Shown here piece by piece: positions 43,093-53,777 of a stretch of DNA of 64,000 bases. Every line of letters starts with the position of its first letter. Position 1 is the stretch's first letter. The position numbers and the translations under genes are program-made. The notes under the pieces are model-generated. The model saw nothing but the letters and a program-made list of their open reading frames with translations. It did no database searches and was not told where the DNA came from. Origin of the DNA: Cyanobacteriota bacterium (GTDB lineage Bacteria > Cyanobacteriota > Cyanobacteriia > Thermostichales > Thermostichaceae); assembly GCA_033764955.1 (NCBI GenBank), contig JANRIL010000006.1, forward strand, positions 49,710 to 113,709, in the 5' to 3' direction.

Positions 43093-44865
43093 CTAGAGAT
43101 TGGTTTGAAACAGATCTTTGAGCAAGGTTTGCACATTACTGGGGGTGCCCGCCTGGACGGTCGATTCCCGTAATCCAGCAATGGCCTGCATTTCCGCCTG
43201 ATTGACTTCACCATAGGCGATGGGATAAACGCGAATACCGCTATAGGCCAATACGTCACGAATATCGGCAAATCCATAGCCCCGGTTGGTCTCACCGTCC
43301 GAGAGCACCAAGAGATAATAGCGACCATTGGGATCCTGCTGCTGCCGATTCATTAGCTCGGCCAAACCGACCATCATGCCGTCATACATGGCCGTTCCTC
43401 CATCGGCCACGAGCCTATCAATGGCGGCCAGCAGGCGTTGATGGTGTAGTGTCTCAAAGGGAGCTAAGGGCAGTACAGAACGCACCACATCACTAAAGGT
43501 GACCAACCCCACCTGGTTGCCTGCGTTGATCTGACCGCTGGCAATGCGTAGTCCTTCTTTGACCGAGGTGAGGCGATTGCTATCATTCATGGAACCACTG
43601 ACATCGATCACCAACATCAGGTAAACCGTTTGTCCGCCATCTTTGCGTTGTTTCCAATAGGTCTGCGCCGCCGTCAAGACCTCACCCGATGGAATGGGGG
43701 GCAACCCAGGCGCTTGAAAATAGTCGGTTTCCGCAAACCCCTGCGCGGTCGCCAGTTGTTGCATGGCCGGGGATGTGGCGAAATCCCCAAAGAGTTGCAG
43801 TGCTTGCTGTTGGCTGGGAGTATTCCAGTCAAAGCCAACCAACGGATTGTGGTGCGGGATCCCGAAAGGAATAAAAGCGACATTTTCAAACCCAGAGAGT
43901 TGCTTGAGGGTTTGGTAGTTTTGGTATTCCAGCGGAAATGCCTGCAATTGGTCGGGATCCCGAATGAAGATTTCCTGTAGATCTAGGGTGGTCACGGTTG
44001 TGATCAGCACTTGCTTTTGAAAAGCATCGAAGACGGAATGGATTTGGGGCGATGACAACTCGGTGGCCGTGAGCGGGCGACCATCCTGTTGGTGTCCCGC
44101 CGCTTGCCAGAGAATGGTGTAGAGCAAATTCAGGGCCGTGGAACTGGTGTAAGGGTTGGGATAGCCCACCCGATAGCTCCCCCCCAGGACGCGATCCAAG
44201 AACCGCTCAAAGGTCACCTCCCCGTCCGCCGCCAATTCTTGATAAACACGATCCTGAACCACAAAACCCGCCACATTGGGCACCAATTGTTCGATCACTG
44301 GGATCACCCCCACGCCCTGGCTGCGCACCATTTCTACCCACAGATCGTTGGAGGGAGAATAGCCCGCCGCTTCCACGGCTTGGGCACCGAGTAACCGCGC
44401 CGCACTCCCGGAGGGGATTTTGCGGATCCCGACCTGGATGCGTTCTCCCGACGGCAAGGAGACATTTTGGGCATTAAAGGCATCGGCCACATCGATCAGC
44501 CAGCGTTCGTTTTGTTTGTCGGCATTGGCCTTTTCACTGGAGGTTAAAATCTCCAGATAAACCACATTGGCATCCCGTGAGGGTTGGGCACCATAGAGGG
44601 GAAAGTCCTCCAGGTTGGGCAGCGGATCGGGGAGGCGATCAACGGCATAGCGGGCTGCCACCGGATCGCTGACGGGATCCGAGATCGGGTTAATTTTGGG
44701 AATCAAGGTCTCGGTCAAGACCTGACGGGCGGTGGCATAGGAATCCACCGGAGGCACTCGGGATCCCAAATCCTGTAGAAGACTACAGCCCCCTAAACCT
44801 AGCCAGAGCAACACCATCACGCCCAGGGATAGCCAGCGGTTGCATGTCTTCATGGGGATCCTCAT
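43093..44865 (-). CDS. lipoprotein with solute-binding-like N-terminal domain and C-terminal vWA domain
   Basis: Lipobox LGGC; MIDAS DVSGSM, GGTAMYD, LSDGETN. Confidence 0.88.
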   Translation of the reverse strand: MRIPMKTCNRWLSLGVMVLLWLGLGGCSLLQDLGSRVPPVDSYATARQVLTETLIPKINPISDPVSDPVAARYAVDRLPDPLPNLEDFPLYGAQPSRDANVVYLEILTSSEKANADKQNERWLIDVADAFNAQNVSLPSGERIQVGIRKIPSGSAARLLGAQAVEAAGYSPSNDLWVEMVRSQGVGVIPVIEQLVPNVAGFVVQDRVYQELAADGEVTFERFLDRVLGGSYRVGYPNPYTSSTALNLLYTILWQAAGHQQDGRPLTATELSSPQIHSVFDAFQKQVLITTVTTLDLQEIFIRDPDQLQAFPLEYQNYQTLKQLSGFENVAFIPFGIPHHNPLVGFDWNTPSQQQALQLFGDFATSPAMQQLATAQGFAETDYFQAPGLPPIPSGEVLTAAQTYWKQRKDGGQTVYLMLVIDVSGSMNDSNRLTSVKEGLRIASGQINAGNQVGLVTFSDVVRSVLPLAPFETLHHQRLLAAIDRLVADGGTAMYDGMMVGLAELMNRQQQDPNGRYYLLVLSDGETNRGYGFADIRDVLAYSGIRVYPIAYGEVNQAEMQAIAGLRESTVQAGTPSNVQTLLKDLFQTNL

Positions 44866-44890
44866 GGGGTCAACGGGGAAGAGTACTGCT

Positions 44891-45538
44891 CTAGGATGCC
44901 TGATCCGGCAGGAGTTGGAGAGCCGTTTTGTTAAGATCGATCACGATTTGTAACGGAACCAGGGTCGTGCTGGCCGTCCCCACGACCAACTGATCATGGA
45001 GTATCTGCATCTGTTCATTGGTGTGGCGCAGACGTTCGTAACTGGCATCCAATCGTTGCTGGGTCGGGGTTTGATAGCTAGGGGTCTGCACCTGGGGCTG
45101 GGCAATCTGGGTCTCGATCACCTGGCGGAGCAGCGCCACCACCGTGAACAGCGTTTCCAAGAGATCTCCGGTCAAGGTGGGATCAAGGGTGACAATGCGG
45201 TGGGCGGCTCTGTGGGTCTGTTCTGCCCAGGTAAAGGCTTGGCTGATTGGGAAGTGAGGGATCCCTGCACGGCGAGTCAAGGTCTGTAACTCCGCCAACT
45301 GCCGCCGAAAGACCTCTGGTTCCAAAATGTTGGCCGAACTTAGGGTTTGGGTGACCACCTGCGCCCAGGCCAGGATCATACTGCCACTCAGCAGCAATCC
45401 GGCCACCACTCCACTCCATCGCCACCCAATGGCCACGATCAAGCCAACCCACCCCAGGCCAATTCCGGCCAGCAAAAGGTAGGTGTGGGGTAGTCGCCAG
45501 ATGGTGTTTGTATGGATGTTTGTCGTCAACCCAGTCAT
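44891..45538 (-). CDS. hypothetical membrane protein (2 TM plus helical domain), first gene of vWA operon
   Basis: GGAG SD, two N-terminal hydrophobic segments, 25 nt from the vWA gene. Confidence 0.75.
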   Translation of the reverse strand: MTGLTTNIHTNTIWRLPHTYLLLAGIGLGWVGLIVAIGWRWSGVVAGLLLSGSMILAWAQVVTQTLSSANILEPEVFRRQLAELQTLTRRAGIPHFPISQAFTWAEQTHRAAHRIVTLDPTLTGDLLETLFTVVALLRQVIETQIAQPQVQTPSYQTPTQQRLDASYERLRHTNEQMQILHDQLVVGTASTTLVPLQIVIDLNKTALQLLPDQAS

Positions 45539-45803
45539 GGGGGGTGCTCTCCAGGTGCGTGAGTGTCACGCATCTCTCCATGCAAGCGGCAGTGTGAGTC
45601 AGCCGCTCCATCCTAACACCGGCGACAAACCCCGACATTCACCCAACCAAGTCAAGCCCCGCCGAGGGTGGGCATTTGTCCCCAGAGTTTAGAAAGCTAG
45701 CCTTATTCACGAGCGACAGGAAAATCAAATGACAGGGCGGGGCAAATCCAATACTAAAATGCAGAACAGACATCCTTGCCCTCTCTCCACAGGTTAATCC
45801 CGC

Positions 45804-48026
45804 ATGACCTCTTCTGCCCCCACTCCTCCTGCCTTTTGCGATGGCATTCAGTATTTCGGATCTACCTGGGCAGGATTTGCGGACTATGGACAAACCCCCG
45901 TTGTGGATGCGGAAAAAGGGCGGATCCTGGAAGTGGGATCCCCAGAGGCGGCTTATCAATGCTTACTCTATGCTGATGCCCTCCGCTACCTGACCCTGCA
46001 AATTACCGCCAGCAAAGCATCTGGGCATCCCGGCGGATTTGCCAGCCAAGCGGAAGCCTATGCTGCCTTTGTTTATCTTGGTTACAAAAATATACCGACG
46101 GAGGTGGGTCATCACGCGCCAGGGTTCTACAGTGCGATGTTTTTGGATGGATCCCTAGAGGCGATGGGGATCCAAACGGTGGCACAATTGCGGCAACGCT
46201 TTCGAGAGCGGGAGGGATTGTTAGGCCACTTGTCTGGCTACATTCCCGGCATCATGGCTCCGGCGGGTCCCCTCGGACAAGGCCAGCATTTTGCGATGGC
46301 GGCAGCTTTACTTTATCCCGATACCCTCTTTCCCTTTACGGTAGGGGATGGTGGGATGGGAGAACCCTATGTGATCAGTGCGATGGCACATTTCCATACC
46401 GCTTATCCGCAACGCACCAATTTTCTACCAATTTTGGTCTGGAATGGTTATAGCCAAGAACACCACAGCATGGTGTCTACCTTCAGCAATGAGCAGATGA
46501 TCCGCTATTGGCAGGGCAATGGTTTTACGGATGTCGTGCTGGTGGATGCCAAAGATTTTGATGACAGCCCACAGTCTGAACCCTACGTAGACAGCACCTT
46601 ATTCTCTTGGAATCAACGCTTGGCCTTCGCCCAGGCTGTTTTACAAGCCACCGAACAAGCCGCCACTTCTGCTCTATCCGGCAGATTGTCGGTGTTCATT
46701 ATTAAACAACTGAAGGGAGCGGGAGTTCATGCCAAGGGATCCAAATCCCACAACCTCTATGCCCACCACACCCTTGACCATCCTGATATTGTAGCGGCGT
46801 TGCAGGCACGCGCCCTCTCGCCGGAGGCATGGCAACTGGTCAGAACCAACTGTCAACGGGCGGGTGGGGGGCCAGCCGTCAAAACTGTGGTGACCGAATT
46901 TGTGCGTCCGCTCCCCGATCTGGGCAAATTGTCGGTACAGGATTACCCCCTGGGATCCATGCAGGTCGCAACTACCGCTATGGGAGAGCTGGTGGTGCAA
47001 GTCGGTCAAAAAGATCCCGACTTTGTGGTAGCCAATGCGGATGGCAACGAAGCATCGGGTATTGCCAACATCAACAAAGGGCTGAAAGTCATCCACCCCA
47101 CCGTGGATCCCCTCTATAACCAACAACCACAAGGGCAAGTTTATGAACCCCTCAGCGAGGATGCCTGCGCTGGACTGACGGCAGGCTTGGCTCTCATGGG
47201 AGGGCGCAGTCTTTGGTGTTCCTATGAGTCTTTTGCGATTAATGGCCTGCCCATTGTTCAAACCGTAACGCAGGCGATGGCAGAATTGCGGCGTCCCACC
47301 CCCTCCCTAATTTGTCTGTTTACGGCGGGCGCTCTGGAGCAGGGGCGGAATGGCTGGACGCATCAACGACCGGAGATCGAGGCGTATCTGGCGGCCATGA
47401 TGCGGAATGGCAATGTTTATCCTCTCTTTCCTCCCGATGCCAATGCGGTACAAGCGGCCTATGAATGGGCGTTAACCACCGTTAACAAGGGGATCCCGAT
47501 TATAGCCAGCAAAACTCCTTTGCCGGTTCGCCTCACCCTTGAGCAGGCAAGGCAAGGGGTCGAGCAGGGAGCCATCGTCTGGCAGGAAAGCTTGGGGGAA
47601 ACCACCGAGGGATCCCCACAGGTAGTGTTCGCGGTGGTGGGGGACATGATCTTATTACCCGTCGTTGAAGCCTGCCAGGTTTTGACAGATCGGGGCATCA
47701 CTAGCCGGATAGTTTCGGTGATCAACCCGCGCCGCCTCTATCAACCGCAGGAGGTGGCTTGGTCAACCTGCGCTCAGCCGGATGGTCAGTTTATGGAAGA
47801 GGCTTTGTTTGCCAGCCTGTTCGGCGGTGAGGTGTTGATCGGGGTGACGGGCGGTCCCTTGGGGATGCTGGAACCACTCATGCTCCGTCCCATGGTTCAG
47901 AAGCGTAGCTTTTTGGGTTGGAAACGGGGAGAAACCACCGCCAGTGCGGGAGAGTTGATGGCCTTCAACGGTATAACGACGGAAGCGTTGTTGGAACGAG
48001 TCTGGGCGCTCCTGCCTGCCTCCTAA
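45804..48026 (+). CDS. phosphoketolase family protein (TPP-dependent)
   Basis: SGHPGG, TEVGHHAPG, PAGPLGQG, GDGG..E...WNG TPP motif, SYESFA, NGWTHQRP. Confidence 0.85.
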   Translation: MTSSAPTPPAFCDGIQYFGSTWAGFADYGQTPVVDAEKGRILEVGSPEAAYQCLLYADALRYLTLQITASKASGHPGGFASQAEAYAAFVYLGYKNIPTEVGHHAPGFYSAMFLDGSLEAMGIQTVAQLRQRFREREGLLGHLSGYIPGIMAPAGPLGQGQHFAMAAALLYPDTLFPFTVGDGGMGEPYVISAMAHFHTAYPQRTNFLPILVWNGYSQEHHSMVSTFSNEQMIRYWQGNGFTDVVLVDAKDFDDSPQSEPYVDSTLFSWNQRLAFAQAVLQATEQAATSALSGRLSVFIIKQLKGAGVHAKGSKSHNLYAHHTLDHPDIVAALQARALSPEAWQLVRTNCQRAGGGPAVKTVVTEFVRPLPDLGKLSVQDYPLGSMQVATTAMGELVVQVGQKDPDFVVANADGNEASGIANINKGLKVIHPTVDPLYNQQPQGQVYEPLSEDACAGLTAGLALMGGRSLWCSYESFAINGLPIVQTVTQAMAELRRPTPSLICLFTAGALEQGRNGWTHQRPEIEAYLAAMMRNGNVYPLFPPDANAVQAAYEWALTTVNKGIPIIASKTPLPVRLTLEQARQGVEQGAIVWQESLGETTEGSPQVVFAVVGDMILLPVVEACQVLTDRGITSRIVSVINPRRLYQPQEVAWSTCAQPDGQFMEEALFASLFGGEVLIGVTGGPLGMLEPLMLRPMVQKRSFLGWKRGETTASAGELMAFNGITTEALLERVWALLPAS

Positions 48027-48588
48027 TATGTCGGACTTTTGAGGGGAAAGATTCAGGACTTTAGATGGATGAGATCAGCCTCAGCCTCCCTTTAGGATAG
48101 GCAGCATCAGCCTTTCGAGAGATAGCAGTGTCTGGCTAACATCTGACGCCTTCTCTAGCGATCTCATCCCGGAGAGCAGGTATCTATTCTTGCCCATGCC
48201 CCTCGGATGGGAGCTTGGCTATGGCTTTTAGGGCAATCAGGGATCCGCTTCTGGCTAGTCTTGGCGATTCGCTGGCTGAGGCTGCCCACCGCAGGCACGC
48301 TCTTGACCACGAGCGGGAGATATCCCTCACCCCTTTGCCGGGATCCACTCAGGCTCAGTCCACCCTTCACCTTCAGAACTGACAGCTTCTATGATGACTC
48401 GCCTCGCTTCCCTTCCTCCTCCCTCCCCCTGGATCCCTTTCCCTTATCGGTGTTCCCATCCCCCTTCTCCTCATATTTGGGCGGTGGCGGTGGCGGTCAA
48501 ACAGGGATCCTCCTATCACAGTTCCGTCTGGATGGATAAAGATAGCCCCCCTTCTGGGGCGATGGTCAATAGGGTGATTAGCGCCACT

Positions 48589-48616
48589 AAAAAAGAGGGG
48601 GATCCTCCCCCTCCTT
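48589..48616 (-). terminator. intrinsic terminator after rplL
   Basis: Minus strand GAGGGGGA-GGA-TCCCCCTC-TTTTTT. Confidence 0.7.
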
Positions 48617-48649
48617 AGCACCAGGCCAGACACCCAGGTCATGGGCAGC

Positions 48650-49054
48650 TTACTTAATGGACACCTTGGCTCCAACTTCCTCCAGCTTCTTCTTGATATC
48701 TGCTGCTTCCTCTTTGGCTGTCCCTTCCTTGACCGCTTTAGGAGCTGCTTCTACCAAATCTTTAGCATCCTTCAGACCCAATCCGGTCAGTTCACGTACC
48801 ACCTTCAGGATGGCGATCTTCTTATCGGCGGGCACTTCTTCCAAGATGACACTAAACTCAGTTTGCTCTTCCACAGGCTCCGCTGCCGCCGCCGGAGCGG
48901 CTGCCGCCGCCGGAGCCGCCATCATGACTGCCCCACCTACCGGAGCAGCGGCACTCACGCCAAAGGCTTCTTCAATTTTTTTGACCAGCTCAGAAGCTTC
49001 CAGCAAGCTTAGGGCTTTCAGTTGTTCCAAAATTTGATCAACACGTTCAGACAT
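48650..49054 (-). CDS. rplL: 50S ribosomal protein L7/L12
   Basis: [19 protein letters not shown], Ala hinge, [13 protein letters not shown]. Confidence 0.98.
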   Translation of the reverse strand: MSERVDQILEQLKALSLLEASELVKKIEEAFGVSAAAPVGGAVMMAAPAAAAAPAAAAEPVEEQTEFSVILEEVPADKKIAILKVVRELTGLGLKDAKDLVEAAPKAVKEGTAKEEAADIKKKLEEVGAKVSIK

Positions 49055-49150
49055 GGGGGTAACTCCAAACTACACATCAACAAACAATCAACAACAAATG
49101 ACCACAATTCACGCCATATATAGACAACCCGTTATCCGACCTAGGGATCC

Positions 49151-49714
49151 CTAAGCCGCGTCTTTGTCTGCAATGGCCTGAATGACTCGACCCACCGAAG
49201 CAGGCACTTCGTTAATCACCCGTACCACTTGGGTCGGTACGGCATTCAAGCTGACGGCCAACTTAGTCGCCAGTGAATTGATTCCACCAGCCACCTGAGC
49301 CATCAACACTTCTTTAGGCGGCAGATCGGCAATCGCCTTGGCTTGATCGAGGTTGAGCGCCAGACCCTCAATAGCCGCCCCTTGAAACTCGCTTTTCTTA
49401 ACTTTCTTCTGAAAGTCTTGATAAGCTTTGAGGGTAGCAGCAATATCTCCCCGCACCAAAATGAAGGCTGTTGAACCTTTCAAAAAGGTCGGCAGTCCGG
49501 CCCAGGCGGGTCGATCCTCAATCGCTCGTCTCATCAGGGTGTTTTTTACCACCATGCAAACCGAGTTGAAGGCTCGTAAATCCGCCCGCAACTGGTTCAT
49601 TTCCGAGACCGTTAGCCCCTTGTAGTCGATCACCACCACCATCTGACTGCTATCGAGGAGGGCACGCACCTCATCGACCACCTCTATTTTTTTAGTTAAT
49701 GGTTGTTTTCCCAT
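49151..49714 (-). CDS. rplJ: 50S ribosomal protein L10
   Basis: DYKGLTV, VVKNTLMRRA, LPPKEVLMAQ. Confidence 0.96.
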   Translation of the reverse strand: MGKQPLTKKIEVVDEVRALLDSSQMVVVIDYKGLTVSEMNQLRADLRAFNSVCMVVKNTLMRRAIEDRPAWAGLPTFLKGSTAFILVRGDIAATLKAYQDFQKKVKKSEFQGAAIEGLALNLDQAKAIADLPPKEVLMAQVAGGINSLATKLAVSLNAVPTQVVRVINEVPASVGRVIQAIADKDAA

Positions 49715-49781
49715 ACTTTCACCTCCTGTTGGGACGACGCGAACGAAACCAGCATGGATTGTGCGAATCAGGGATCCCCCA

Positions 49782-49918
49782 ACAAAAAAGCCTCGGATTG
49801 ACCGAGACTAAAGGAGAAAGGAGCTAGCTGTTCAACAGAATCTTGCTCAGAATCTGCTGAGAGAAGGCTCCAACCTCGGCAGGATATTAAGCCTCAGGCA
49901 CCTGCTGTCTACGGTCAG
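49782..49918 (-). promoter_or_regulatory. ribosomal protein L10 leader
   Basis: CCGTAGACAGCAGG...CTTAATATCCTGCCGAGG followed by a hairpin and U-tract upstream of rplJ. Confidence 0.8.
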
Positions 49919-50072
49919 ACATGATTAAAACTTTTTCGTTCAAAAATCCCTGCACAACCTCCCGCAAAATCATATTGACCCTGAGATTTAGCCCGAAGCC
50001 GCTCACCCAATCTAGTCCGAAGAAAAGTGGAGTAGTAATGGTTAGCTTTGCCGCTCCCTCAGGGCTTTGTTA

Positions 50073-50786
50073 TCAGGCAGCACCTAGTTTGAGATCTCGC
50101 AGAGCATTGATATCGACTTCAATCGAGGGTCCCATTGTAGCAGAAATATGAACGGTTCTCCAATATTTACCTTTGGCTCCAGAGGGACGGTTGCGATCAA
50201 TCGAGTCTTGCACGGCTTTCAGATTTTCCAGAAGGGCTTCTGGGGTAAAGCTACATTTGCCAAACAGAATATGGACAATGCCAGTTCGGTCGGCACGGTA
50301 TTCCACCTTGCCTCCCTTAAACTCTTTAATGGCTTGGGTTAAGTCAGTGGTGACGGTTCCACCTTTTGGGGAAGGCATCAATCCCCGCGGCCCCAGCAAT
50401 TTACCCAGTTTAGCCACCTGCGGCATCACATCAGGGGTGGCAATCAGGAGGTCAAAATCCATCATGCCTTTACTGATTTCGTCGATCAATTCCTCGGATC
50501 CCACTAGATCCGCCCCGGCGGACTGAGCCTCGTTGACTTTTTCGCCACGGGTGATCACCGCCACCCGAATCTGCTGCCCTGTCCCTCTGGGCAAGACAAC
50601 CGTGGTTCGCAACTGCTGATCCGCATACTTCGGGTCAATGCCCAGTCGAACATGCACTTCCGCTGCTTCATCAAACTTGGCCGTGGCCGTCTCTTTCAAG
50701 AGGGCCAAAGCAGACTCAGGACTGTAGGGTTCCGATTTCACTTTAGCGGCCAAAGCCTGGAACCGCTTGGATACCTTCTTTGCCAT
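50073..50786 (-). CDS. rplA: 50S ribosomal protein L1
   Basis: [34 protein letters not shown]. Confidence 0.98.
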   Translation of the reverse strand: MAKKVSKRFQALAAKVKSEPYSPESALALLKETATAKFDEAAEVHVRLGIDPKYADQQLRTTVVLPRGTGQQIRVAVITRGEKVNEAQSAGADLVGSEELIDEISKGMMDFDLLIATPDVMPQVAKLGKLLGPRGLMPSPKGGTVTTDLTQAIKEFKGGKVEYRADRTGIVHILFGKCSFTPEALLENLKAVQDSIDRNRPSGAKGKYWRTVHISATMGPSIEVDINALRDLKLGAA

Positions 50787-50803
50787 GACTGATCTTGCTC
50801 CTT

Positions 50804-50833
50804 GGGGTAATCACGAGAGGTCTTCTCTCCCCC
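50804..50833 (-). promoter_or_regulatory. putative L1-binding autoregulatory hairpin upstream of rplA
   Basis: GGGGGAGAGAAGACCTCTCGTGATTACCCC stem with internal loop just before the SD. Confidence 0.45.
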
Positions 50834-50881
50834 GACTAAATGACAAACTCAAAAACAAACAGAATCGATCAAAGACCGGAG

Positions 50882-51307
50882 TTAACCCGAAATGGTCACC
50901 CCCATACTGCGGGCTGTGCCTGCAATAATCTTCATGGCCGCTTCCACATCATTGGCGCTCAAATCCGCTAGTTTTTGCTCAGCGATCTGGCGCAACTGAG
51001 CCTGGGTCAGGGATCCCACCTTATTTTTGTTGGGCTGGGCTGAACCACTTTCTAACCCCAAGGCTTTCTTGATCAAAACGGAAGCGGGCGGAGTTTTCAG
51101 AATAAAGGTGAAACTGCGATCCTCAAAAACTGAAATTTCCACCGGAACCACCATGCCCGCTTGGTCGGCAGTCTTGGCGTTATATTCCTTACAAAAGGCC
51201 ATGATGTTGACACCATGCTGACCCAAGGCAGGACCAATTGGCGGGGCAGGGGTGGCTTTGCCAGCGTTGATGGCTAGCTTGACTACAGCAACTAATTTTT
51301 TGGGCAT
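50882..51307 (-). CDS. rplK: 50S ribosomal protein L11
   Basis: [29 protein letters not shown]. Confidence 0.98.
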   Translation of the reverse strand: MPKKLVAVVKLAINAGKATPAPPIGPALGQHGVNIMAFCKEYNAKTADQAGMVVPVEISVFEDRSFTFILKTPPASVLIKKALGLESGSAQPNKNKVGSLTQAQLRQIAEQKLADLSANDVEAAMKIIAGTARSMGVTISG

Positions 51308-51316
51308 AAGACTGCT

Positions 51317-51964
51317 TTATTCCTCTTTTCGCACTTGACCAAACTCCAATTCCACTGGCGTATCCCGCCCAAAGATTGAGATCAGCGCCTTCAGCTTGCT
51401 GCGTTCGGGACTAACCTCCACCACCTCACCATAAAATCCTTGAAATGGCCCTGATAAGACCTCGATTCGGTCTCCGGCGGCCATATCAATTTTTAAGGGA
51501 ACTTCCTCCACTTCCACATTGCTAAAGATGCGCTGCATCTCGGAGTGAGTGAGGGGGCGCGGGGTAACATGACCACGGCCTCGTCCATAGCGACGTTTTT
51601 CTTCGGTTCCCACAAAGTTAATGACGTTGGGGGTGCTTTTAACCACTTGCCAGGAATGGTCATTCATGGCCATTTTGACCAGGACATAGCCAGGAAAAAT
51701 TTTTTCCTCTGTTCCCTGCCGCTTGCCCGCTTTGTCTAACTTGAAGCCGGTTCGCTTGGGAATGACTACTTCCACAATCTGCTCCTGAACATCCAAGGCA
51801 ATAGCGCGCTGCATGAGGGTACTTTGCACCTTATTTTCACAGCCAGACGCCACCTGCACGGTATACCAGCGCAGGGGCTGCTTACCCTCTGACCCAGAAG
51901 TTTGCTCTTGGCTTGTTTCTAAATACTCAGCAGGATCGTCCACAGCTTGCCTCAACGTCACCAC
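51317..51964 (-). CDS. nusG: transcription termination/antitermination factor NusG
   Basis: WYTVQVASGCE, FPGYVLV, KOW GPFQGF, SIFGRDTPVEL. GTG after GAGGAG SD preferred. Confidence 0.96.
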   Translation of the reverse strand: MVTLRQAVDDPAEYLETSQEQTSGSEGKQPLRWYTVQVASGCENKVQSTLMQRAIALDVQEQIVEVVIPKRTGFKLDKAGKRQGTEEKIFPGYVLVKMAMNDHSWQVVKSTPNVINFVGTEEKRRYGRGRGHVTPRPLTHSEMQRIFSNVEVEEVPLKIDMAAGDRIEVLSGPFQGFYGEVVEVSPERSKLKALISIFGRDTPVELEFGQVRKEE

Positions 51965-51984
51965 AGTCTTTAGCTCCTCAAGGA

Positions 51985-52263
51985 TCAAGCAAAAATTTGG
52001 CTGGCTACCCAACCAAAGGCTTGATCGATTAGGTAAATGAAAGAAGCAAACGCTAGCACAATTAACAGCACCGCAACGGATTCACTAAGCAGTTGTTGAC
52101 GACTGGGCCAAACCACTTTTTCAAATTCATCACGGGTGTTTTTGAAAAAGGCTAGGAGCCCTTTGGCTTCTGAGGACTCATCTTTGGAATGGCCGCGGCT
52201 AGCGGGATCCAAACGCTCAGAAGGCTTGCTGTCGGTTTTGCTGGAGGGGCTGCTTTTAACCAT
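51985..52263 (-). CDS. secE: preprotein translocase subunit SecE
   Basis: EFEKVVWPSRQQL plus one TM; position between tRNA-Trp and nusG. Confidence 0.93.
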   Translation of the reverse strand: MVKSSPSSKTDSKPSERLDPASRGHSKDESSEAKGLLAFFKNTRDEFEKVVWPSRQQLLSESVAVLLIVLAFASFIYLIDQAFGWVASQIFA

Positions 52264-52375
52264 GATCGTTTCCTTGGGGGCAGGGGGCTAGGTGAGACGA
52301 AGCAATCGGGCTAATTCATCACTCTCCGTGTGAAGCCGAGAGAACCCTCGCTAACCTCATTGCGGAAAAGTGAAA

Positions 52376-52448
52376 CGCGCCCTGAAGGACTTGAACCCTC
52401 GACATCCGGTTTTGGAGACCGACGTTCTACCAACTGAACTAAGGACGC
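52376..52448 (-). tRNA. trnW: tRNA-Trp(CCA)
   Basis: GCGTCCT/AGGGCGC acceptor stem, CT-CCA-AA loop, GGTTCAAGTCC T-arm; 73 nt. Confidence 0.96.
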
Positions 52449-52584
52449 GCGATGTCTCGACTGAGCACCCAATGCTCTGTTCAGCCTGCAACTTCTCCTT
52501 CATTTTAGTCAAAACAAAGCCAGATTCGCTAGGTGAACAGGATTAACTGAGCTTAACTTGTCTAACCCAAAAAAGCCTAGCCTG

Positions 52585-52962
52585 TCAAGACTGAGCCGAC
52601 TCTTTGGGGCTGGTATAGCGCTGCTTAATGCGCGTTGCTTTACCCACGCGATCGCGTAGATAAAAGAGTTTCGCCCGTCGCACTTTGCCTCGCCGGACAA
52701 TTTCGATGGATTCCACCCGAGGGGAATGCACCAAAAAAACCCGCTCCACGCCGATTCCCTGGAAAACCTTGCGGACGGTGATGGTGCGGTTCGAGCTGCT
52801 GTGGCGAGCCGCAATGACAGTGCCTTCGTAAATTTGAATCCGTTCTTTCCCCCCTTCTTGGATACGGACTCCTACCTTGACCTGATCGCCAATCTGGATG
52901 TCGGGCAGATTGGACTTCATTTGTTCCGCTTCGATGGAGCGGATAATTTCTTGAGCATTCAT
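52585..52962 (-). CDS. rplS: 50S ribosomal protein L19
   Basis: [29 protein letters not shown]. Confidence 0.98.
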   Translation of the reverse strand: MNAQEIIRSIEAEQMKSNLPDIQIGDQVKVGVRIQEGGKERIQIYEGTVIAARHSSSNRTITVRKVFQGIGVERVFLVHSPRVESIEIVRRGKVRRAKLFYLRDRVGKATRIKQRYTSPKESAQS

Positions 52963-53103
52963 AGTTTTTTGACGGATTCGCAGTCATCTATAATAACAGC
53001 TTTGCCTAAGATTTTTCTAGAAGCTGCTCAACTCCAACAGACTCAGAGTGGACTCAGGTTGCCAGAGTAGAATGTCATCGACCGTTTGGGATCCCCCGTC
53101 ATC

Positions 53104-53742
53104 ATGAGTTTCACCCTTTATTTTTTGCGCCACGGCGAAACCACCTACAGTGCCAAAGGAGTCTACTGTGGATCTTTGGATCCCGATCTGACGGAGCAGG
53201 GTCAAGAAATGGCCGAGTCCTTTGCTGAAGCCTACCAAGGGATCCCTTGGTCAGGGGTGTTTGTCAGCCCCATGAAGCGCACGGTGGCCACGGCTCACCC
53301 CCTCTGTAATCGTCTGGGGTTACCCATGCAGATTCGCTCCGGTCTAAAGGAAATCGCCTATGGAGCCTGGGAAGGGCTGGCTCCTCACGAGGTGAATCAA
53401 TCGGATCACGATCCTTACATTCGTTGGCTAGCGGATCCAGGCTGGAATGCCCCCACTGGGGGAGAACGCGCCATTGATATTGCCCAACGCTCAGCTCAGG
53501 TGATTCAGGAGATTCAGCAGCTCTGCCCTGAGGGATCCGTTTTGGTAGTTTCCCACAAAGCTACCATCCGCATTATGCTCTGCCACCTGCTGGGCATTGA
53601 TGTGGGACGATTCCGGGATCGGATCGCTATGCCTGTTGGTTCTGTCAGCATCGTCAGCTTTTTGGAACATGGCCCGATTGTGCGCGCCATCGCCGACCGT
53701 GCCCATCTAGCTGAGCATCTGCGAACCCGTCCCGGCAATTAA
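53104..53742 (+). CDS. histidine phosphatase family protein
   Basis: LRHGET, SPMKRT, LKEIAYGAWEG, VVSH. Confidence 0.92.
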   Translation: MSFTLYFLRHGETTYSAKGVYCGSLDPDLTEQGQEMAESFAEAYQGIPWSGVFVSPMKRTVATAHPLCNRLGLPMQIRSGLKEIAYGAWEGLAPHEVNQSDHDPYIRWLADPGWNAPTGGERAIDIAQRSAQVIQEIQQLCPEGSVLVVSHKATIRIMLCHLLGIDVGRFRDRIAMPVGSVSIVSFLEHGPIVRAIADRAHLAEHLRTRPGN

Positions 53743-53761
53743 GCGGTAGGGGTGGGGGCTA

Positions 53762-53777
53762 GGGTCTGTCATCAATT
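53762..53777 (+). mobile_element. solo MITE/IS terminal inverted repeat (left end)
   Basis: TA|GGGTCTGTCATCAATT, similar to both ends of the element at 54709-54838. Confidence 0.7.

Noticed and set aside
48164..48675. Short ORFs between the phosphoketolase and rplL genes
   Set aside because: Low-complexity, mutually overlapping, and without recognisable homology.
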